Source of the DNA: Armatimonadota bacterium
Lineage (GTDB): Bacteria; Armatimonadota; SYMT01
Assembly: GCA_046292385.1 (NCBI GenBank)
Contig: JBKBRF010000004.1
Coordinates: 128,001 to 192,000, forward strand
DNA length: 64,000 nucleotides
Reading direction: 5' to 3'
Below are positions 62,215 through 64,000 of this stretch, in pieces. The notes under the pieces were generated by a model. The model was not told the DNA's origin and did no database searches. It was given only the letters and a program-made list of their open reading frames with translations. Made by a program: the position numbers and the translations under genes. The stretch's first letter is position 1. Every line of letters begins with the position of its first letter.

Positions 62215-62820
62215 CTACTTCTCTGGCGCCACGGCTTTCGGTTTCGTGCCTCTCTGCGGCGAATCGGCGTCACCGATCTGCGTCTCGAAGGGGACGGTCG
62301 TGGTGGCGATGCCGGTCTGCAGCTGCAACTCGCCCTTCTGCTTTCCGGTGACGGTGGGCGTAACCGGGATCTTCAGGGTCCAGGCCGCGCCGGGCGCCAT
62401 CTGCTGGTTGTACGCCCAGGTCTTGCCGCCGAAACCGAGCTGCGGAGTCGTGGGGGCGGGCTTCGGGTCGCCGAAGCTGAAGCGCTCCGCGGTGCTGGGG
62501 GAGACGCGGACGGCGTCGATGGTGAACGGCTCCCTCCCGGCGTTCCGCACCGTCAGGGTGAGGGTAAACGGCTTGCTCGGCGGGGTGCGGCTGGGGACCA
62601 CCGCCTCCGCGCGTAGGCCGGCGGGCGGCTGAGTGCGGGCGAGAAGCAGCATGCCGCCGTAGGCCGCCAGGGAGCCGAAGAGCACCAGGCCCGCGCAGCC
62701 GGAGCCGATGCCGACCGCCCACCGCGCCGGCTGGGGCCAGGTGCCGAACGGCCGGGGGGCGTCCTCCGGCCGTTCGGCAGGCGTCAGGCCGAGGTCGAAG
62801 CCGTCCGGGGTCGCGCTCAT
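62215..62820 (-). CDS. Hypothetical single-TM protein with Ig-like domain
   Basis: Start MSATPDG; TM 'WAVGIGSGCAGLVLF'; beta-rich 'FTLTLTVRNAG'. Confidence 0.7.
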   Translation of the reverse strand: MSATPDGFDLGLTPAERPEDAPRPFGTWPQPARWAVGIGSGCAGLVLFGSLAAYGGMLLLARTQPPAGLRAEAVVPSRTPPSKPFTLTLTVRNAGREPFTIDAVRVSPSTAERFSFGDPKPAPTTPQLGFGGKTWAYNQQMAPGAAWTLKIPVTPTVTGKQKGELQLQTGIATTTVPFETQIGDADSPQRGTKPKAVAPEK

Positions 62821-62938
62821 CGCCGCACCGCTCCCAGATCGGGAATCGCGCTGCGGAGGGACCGCCGGATTTGGGGCAGAATGCTGGTGTGTCTCATCGC
62901 TCACCCCTATCCTACGCCAGAAGCGCGGGAGGCGGCCG

Positions 62939-64000
62939 ATGCTCCAGGTGGATGGACCCAACTTGCGCCTTTGCAACCGGGTGAGCCGGCGCTCCATGCT
63001 GCAGGTCGGCTCGATCGGCGCGCTCGGGCTCTCGCTGCCCGCCTTCTTCCAGGCCCGCGCGGAGGCCGCGGCGCCGCGCGACCTCAACTGCATCATGCTC
63101 TGGCTCTGGGGGGCGCCGTCACACGTCGACACGTGGGACATGAAGCCGGACCAGCCCGCCGAGGTCCGGGGGCTCTGGCGCCCGATCCGGAGCAGCGTGC
63201 CGGGCATGGAGGCGGTGGAGCACCTGCCGCGGTTTGCGAAGCAGATGCGGCGCATCACGCAGGTGCGGACGATGCACAACGACGCGCCGGACCACCCTGA
63301 GGGCGCCGCCATCGCGCTCTCCGGCTTCAAGTTCGTGCCTGGCAAGCCGGACAAGGAAGGCCCGCACCTCGGCTCGGTGGTGGCGCGGTTCGCACGACCC
63401 GCCTCCACGCTGCCGCAGTACGTGGTGCTCGGGCGAGAGCTGTGGGACAACGGCGCGCGGGTTCCGGGGCAGTACGGCGGCTTCCTCGGCGGCGCGTATG
63501 GCCCGTTCCGGGTGGAGGATCCGCGCGTGGGGGTGGACCGCTTCCCCTCCCTCACGCTGCCGGCCGGGGTTACGCCGGAGCGGTTCGGCCGGAGAGACAC
63601 GCTGCGCCGCCAGCTCGATCACTTCCACGAGCAGGTCGAGAACCGCGATACGCGTTCGTTCGATGGCAGCACGCAGCAGGCGCTGAGCCTGCTCACCTCC
63701 AGCGAGGTGAAGAGCGCGTTCGATCTCTCCCAGGAGACTCCCGCCACGCGCGACCGGTACGGCCACTCCTTCTTCGGCCAGAGCTGCCTCGCGGCGCGGA
63801 GGCTGGTGGAGTCGGGCGTCCGCTACGTCCAGGTGAACTGGAGCCGGCACCCCGGCGCGGATGGCCTGGAAGGGTGGGACGTGCACGGCAACTTCGGCGG
63901 GGTGCTCACCGATTATCCCAAGAAGCAGTTCCCCACCTTCGACCAGGCCGCGCCGGCGCTGCTGGACGACCTGGCGGACCGCGGGCTGCTGGAGAACACG
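62939..64000 (+). CDS. DUF1501 family protein, 3' partial (absent from the ORF track)
   Basis: MLQVDGPNLRLCNRVSRRSMLQVG...LWLWGAPSHVDTWDMKP...RYG..FGQSCLAARRLVESGVR...WDVH...DLADRGLLE. Confidence 0.92.
   Translation, partial: MLQVDGPNLRLCNRVSRRSMLQVGSIGALGLSLPAFFQARAEAAAPRDLNCIMLWLWGAPSHVDTWDMKPDQPAEVRGLWRPIRSSVPGMEAVEHLPRFAKQMRRITQVRTMHNDAPDHPEGAAIALSGFKFVPGKPDKEGPHLGSVVARFARPASTLPQYVVLGRELWDNGARVPGQYGGFLGGAYGPFRVEDPRVGVDRFPSLTLPAGVTPERFGRRDTLRRQLDHFHEQVENRDTRSFDGSTQQALSLLTSSEVKSAFDLSQETPATRDRYGHSFFGQSCLAARRLVESGVRYVQVNWSRHPGADGLEGWDVHGNFGGVLTDYPKKQFPTFDQAAPALLDDLADRGLLENT

Noticed and set aside
62821..63600. N-terminal extension of ORF 62215..63600
   Set aside because: Antisense to the clear DUF1501 gene; the real start is probably ATG 62820

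Overview
A high-GC (roughly 70% by eye) bacterial chromosomal window. The gene content (sulfatase, DUF1501, Tat-exported hydrolases, MoxR/BatA/DUF58 cluster) resembles Armatimonadota or Planctomycetota; this taxonomy is inference only. Left to right: a dnaA with no dnaN and no DnaA boxes, sucCD-mdh, an AbrB/Doc toxin-antitoxin pair, a minus-strand redox/Moco operon, a sulfatase, an ~18 kb 11-gene MoxR-vWA-DUF58 envelope cluster, several secreted hydrolases, a divergent DEAD-box helicase/RRM pair, a complete assimilatory nitrate/nitrite operon, a Ni/Co transporter, accessory genes and a partial DUF1501 gene. Four signals are not explained by the ORF track. (1) A hidden selenoprotein gene at 8308-8805 (-): AhpC/TSA fold, in-frame TGA at the catalytic position in a UxxT motif, followed by a SECIS-like hairpin. 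(2) A ~280-nt multi-stem non-coding element in three diverged copies with compensatory base changes (37359-37637, 42587-42860, 57386-57666). (3) Four GlnR-like pentamers phased at 11 bp in front of the nitrate operon. (4) An amber-interrupted gene at 61768-62157 (-). No rRNA, tRNA, CRISPR array or transposase was seen.
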